Below, piece by piece: positions 15,545-17,122 of a stretch of DNA of 17,122 nt (the first letter of the stretch is position 1; every line of letters begins with the position of its first letter). The position numbers were made by a program, and so were the translations under genes. The notes beneath the pieces were generated by a model. The model was not told the origin of the DNA. It did no database searches and saw only the letters and a program-made list of their open reading frames with translations. The DNA comes from an uncultured Eubacteriales bacterium (GTDB lineage Bacteria; Bacillota; Clostridia; TANB77; RGIG9151). The stretch spans positions 1 through 17,122 of the forward strand of contig CAYYWT010000023.1 in assembly GCA_964475435.1 (NCBI GenBank), written 5' to 3'.

Positions 15545-16819
15545 TTAAATTACCGCCCCCGTAATCAAAATTCCCTCATTCTCTGAATAAATAGTATTAA
15601 ACTGTGAAATCGGAAGAGGATTTGTTCCCCAGCCTACCTCTATCGTATATCCCGGCCTATTATAATTTTGTATAAACCAATCTTTGTATCCGGCGTATCC
15701 TGAAGAATAAGGCGTACTCTCCAAAAGATAACCGCTTATGTCAGCAAATTTTTCCCCAATTTCACGAGATTGTAGCGGTAAATAGTCCAAAAATCGCCAA
15801 TATATAACCCTTCCTTGCGTATGATAAGCTAAAATAAGCCTAAAATCGTGCGCTAATGTAAAATCATACATACTAATCGCTTCCGGTTGAGTAAGTGGCC
15901 CATTTCCAACATAATCACGCGGAGCCGGAGTTGTAAATCCTTGAGCAAACTTAATTTGTCTTGCATTTTCCCAACCGGCAGGAAATTGTAAATTTAAATC
16001 AACCCCATCAATATTAGCTTTCCAACCATCAGGAAAAGGTATAGCCGGATAATTTTCAGCAATTATTTTTGCGTTTTGGTATGCTTCTAACGATGTATCC
16101 ATTCCTCCGGTCACTAAATCTACTCCGTCCGGGTTTACCATCGGAACAATATATATCGACGAATTACTAAAAACTTCTCTAACATCAAATCCATACAATT
16201 TCGTATTATTTACATACGCTTTACAAAAATTCTCAATAAATTTCATTAATAAAACAGACGTTATCCATTCATTCGCATGAATAGAGCCACTATAAAATAC
16301 TTCATTTAATCCGTTTCCCACCCTAATACAAGTTATCTCCTTACCCAATACACTTTTTCCTATACTCGTTATATTTAAAAAAGGATATACAATTTTCAAC
16401 GATTCAACATTTCTACTAAAAATATCATATGTATAATTTATATTCGTTTTCACAATATTCCCAAAAGGGACAATAATGCTTTGCCCCGGCATAAGCCTAG
16501 TCGGAGAAACAGCAGGATTAGCAGCTGAAATTCTCCCATTAGTCGTAGAAAAACGTCTTGCTATATTGTAAAACGTATCTCCACGCCTTACTGTATATCT
16601 TCTATAGCCATTAATATATGGTATAAGTAAATTCCAAGTCATTTCTCCAACCACTCCATCATTTGGTAACGAAAAATTTCTTTGAAACCTTTTTACAGCT
16701 CCTTGTGTATTTGAACCGAAAATTCCGTCAACTTCTCCTGTATAAAAACCTAATGTTTTTAGTACACTTTGTATCAACATAACTTTAGGTCCACTCGAAC
16801 CAAACTTTAAAACTTCCAT
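15545..16819 (-). CDS. Gamma-D-glutamyl-L-diamino acid endopeptidase I-like M14 peptidase with PG_binding_1 and LysM domains
   Basis: PG-binding repeat (GEVDGIFGSNTQGAVKRFQRNFSLPNDGVVG), LysM (YTVRRGDTFYNIARRF ... GQSIIVP), then an M14 zinc-carboxypeptidase core (HANEW ... PMVNPDGV). The track start at 16882 is a GTG inside the rpmE terminator. The ATG at 16819 (MEVLKFG...) follows AAAGGAGTGGAG. Confidence 0.85.
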   Translation of the reverse strand: MEVLKFGSSGPKVMLIQSVLKTLGFYTGEVDGIFGSNTQGAVKRFQRNFSLPNDGVVGEMTWNLLIPYINGYRRYTVRRGDTFYNIARRFSTTNGRISAANPAVSPTRLMPGQSIIVPFGNIVKTNINYTYDIFSRNVESLKIVYPFLNITSIGKSVLGKEITCIRVGNGLNEVFYSGSIHANEWITSVLLMKFIENFCKAYVNNTKLYGFDVREVFSNSSIYIVPMVNPDGVDLVTGGMDTSLEAYQNAKIIAENYPAIPFPDGWKANIDGVDLNLQFPAGWENARQIKFAQGFTTPAPRDYVGNGPLTQPEAISMYDFTLAHDFRLILAYHTQGRVIYWRFLDYLPLQSREIGEKFADISGYLLESTPYSSGYAGYKDWFIQNYNRPGYTIEVGWGTNPLPISQFNTIYSENEGILITGAVI

Positions 16820-16882
16820 ACGCTCCACTCCTTTGGCATACTTATTCAAAACAAATATATGCGTAAAGAAAATTTTTAACAC

Positions 16883-16907
16883 AAAAAAAGAACCTTAATA
16901 AGGCTCT
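16883..16907 (-). terminator. Rho-independent terminator of rpmE
   Basis: On the minus strand, AGAGCCUU pairs with AAGGUUCU (8 bp, one G-U) around a 3-nt loop, followed by U7. It begins 6 nt after the rpmE stop. Confidence 0.75.
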
Positions 16908-16912
16908 TTCTT

Positions 16913-17122
16913 TTAGTCTTCATCAGTAATATTAAATTTCTTCTTAAATCTTTCACTTCTTCCACCAACAACTGTATTCTTTTGAGAACCGGTGTAGAAA
17001 GGATGACATTTTGAACAAATTTCAACACGTAGCTCAGGTTTAGTCGAAGTCGTTGTAAAAGTTTCTCCACAAGCACACTTAACAACTGATTCTACACATT
17101 TAGGATGTATTCCTTCTTTCAT
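16913..17122 (-). CDS. rpmE: 50S ribosomal protein L31 (zinc-binding type A)
   Basis: MKEGIHPK ... CxC ... [10 protein letters not shown] is the canonical L31 sequence. It has four Cys ligands (C16, C18, C36, C39). The ATG lies exactly at the window edge (17122-17120). Confidence 0.96.
   Translation of the reverse strand: MKEGIHPKCVESVVKCACGETFTTTSTKPELRVEICSKCHPFYTGSQKNTVVGGRSERFKKKFNITDED

Noticed and set aside
1-17122. CRISPR arrays, tRNA/rRNA genes, transposase/integrase genes, and defence or toxin-antitoxin modules
   Set aside because: I saw none. There is no spaced direct-repeat array, no cloverleaf-like GC-rich 75-nt segments, and every long ORF is accounted for by a housekeeping or sporulation family, except the cysteine-rich protein.

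Overview
This is an AT-rich chromosomal segment from a spore-forming Firmicute, probably Clostridia-like (inferred from gene content; no search was run). Nine of the eleven confident genes are on the minus strand.

Gene order, left to right:
- bifunctional Rel/SpoT (p)ppGpp synthetase-hydrolase
- YlbJ-type sporulation membrane protein
- a 902-aa secreted, cysteine-rich protein of unknown family
- dipicolinate synthase subunit B with no DpaA next to it
- SpoIVB peptidase
- HI0933/BaiN-type flavoprotein
- SleB-type cortex lytic enzyme
- UvrA
- a roughly 800 bp ORF-free gap
- Amidase_3 cell-wall amidase
- PG-binding/LysM/M14 gamma-D-glutamyl-diamino-acid endopeptidase
- ribosomal protein L31

Most of the window is ordinary housekeeping and sporulation content. 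Two loci stand out.
1. The gap between uvrA and the amidase gene (about 13690-14360) has a 40% GC, G-rich core between 18% GC flanks. It holds several long hairpins whose G-U wobbles work only on the plus strand. A 16-nt motif bounds it, present three times (two direct copies, one inverted), and it ends in a nested perfect palindrome. I read this as a roughly 600-nt structured ncRNA that I cannot classify; a MITE-like element is the alternative.
2. The 902-aa signal-peptide protein has 43 Cys, a recurring C-x2-H-x-C motif and several CxxC zinc-ribbon-like pairs.

All family assignments come from reading the translated ORFs and motifs by eye. No database search or folding program was run.
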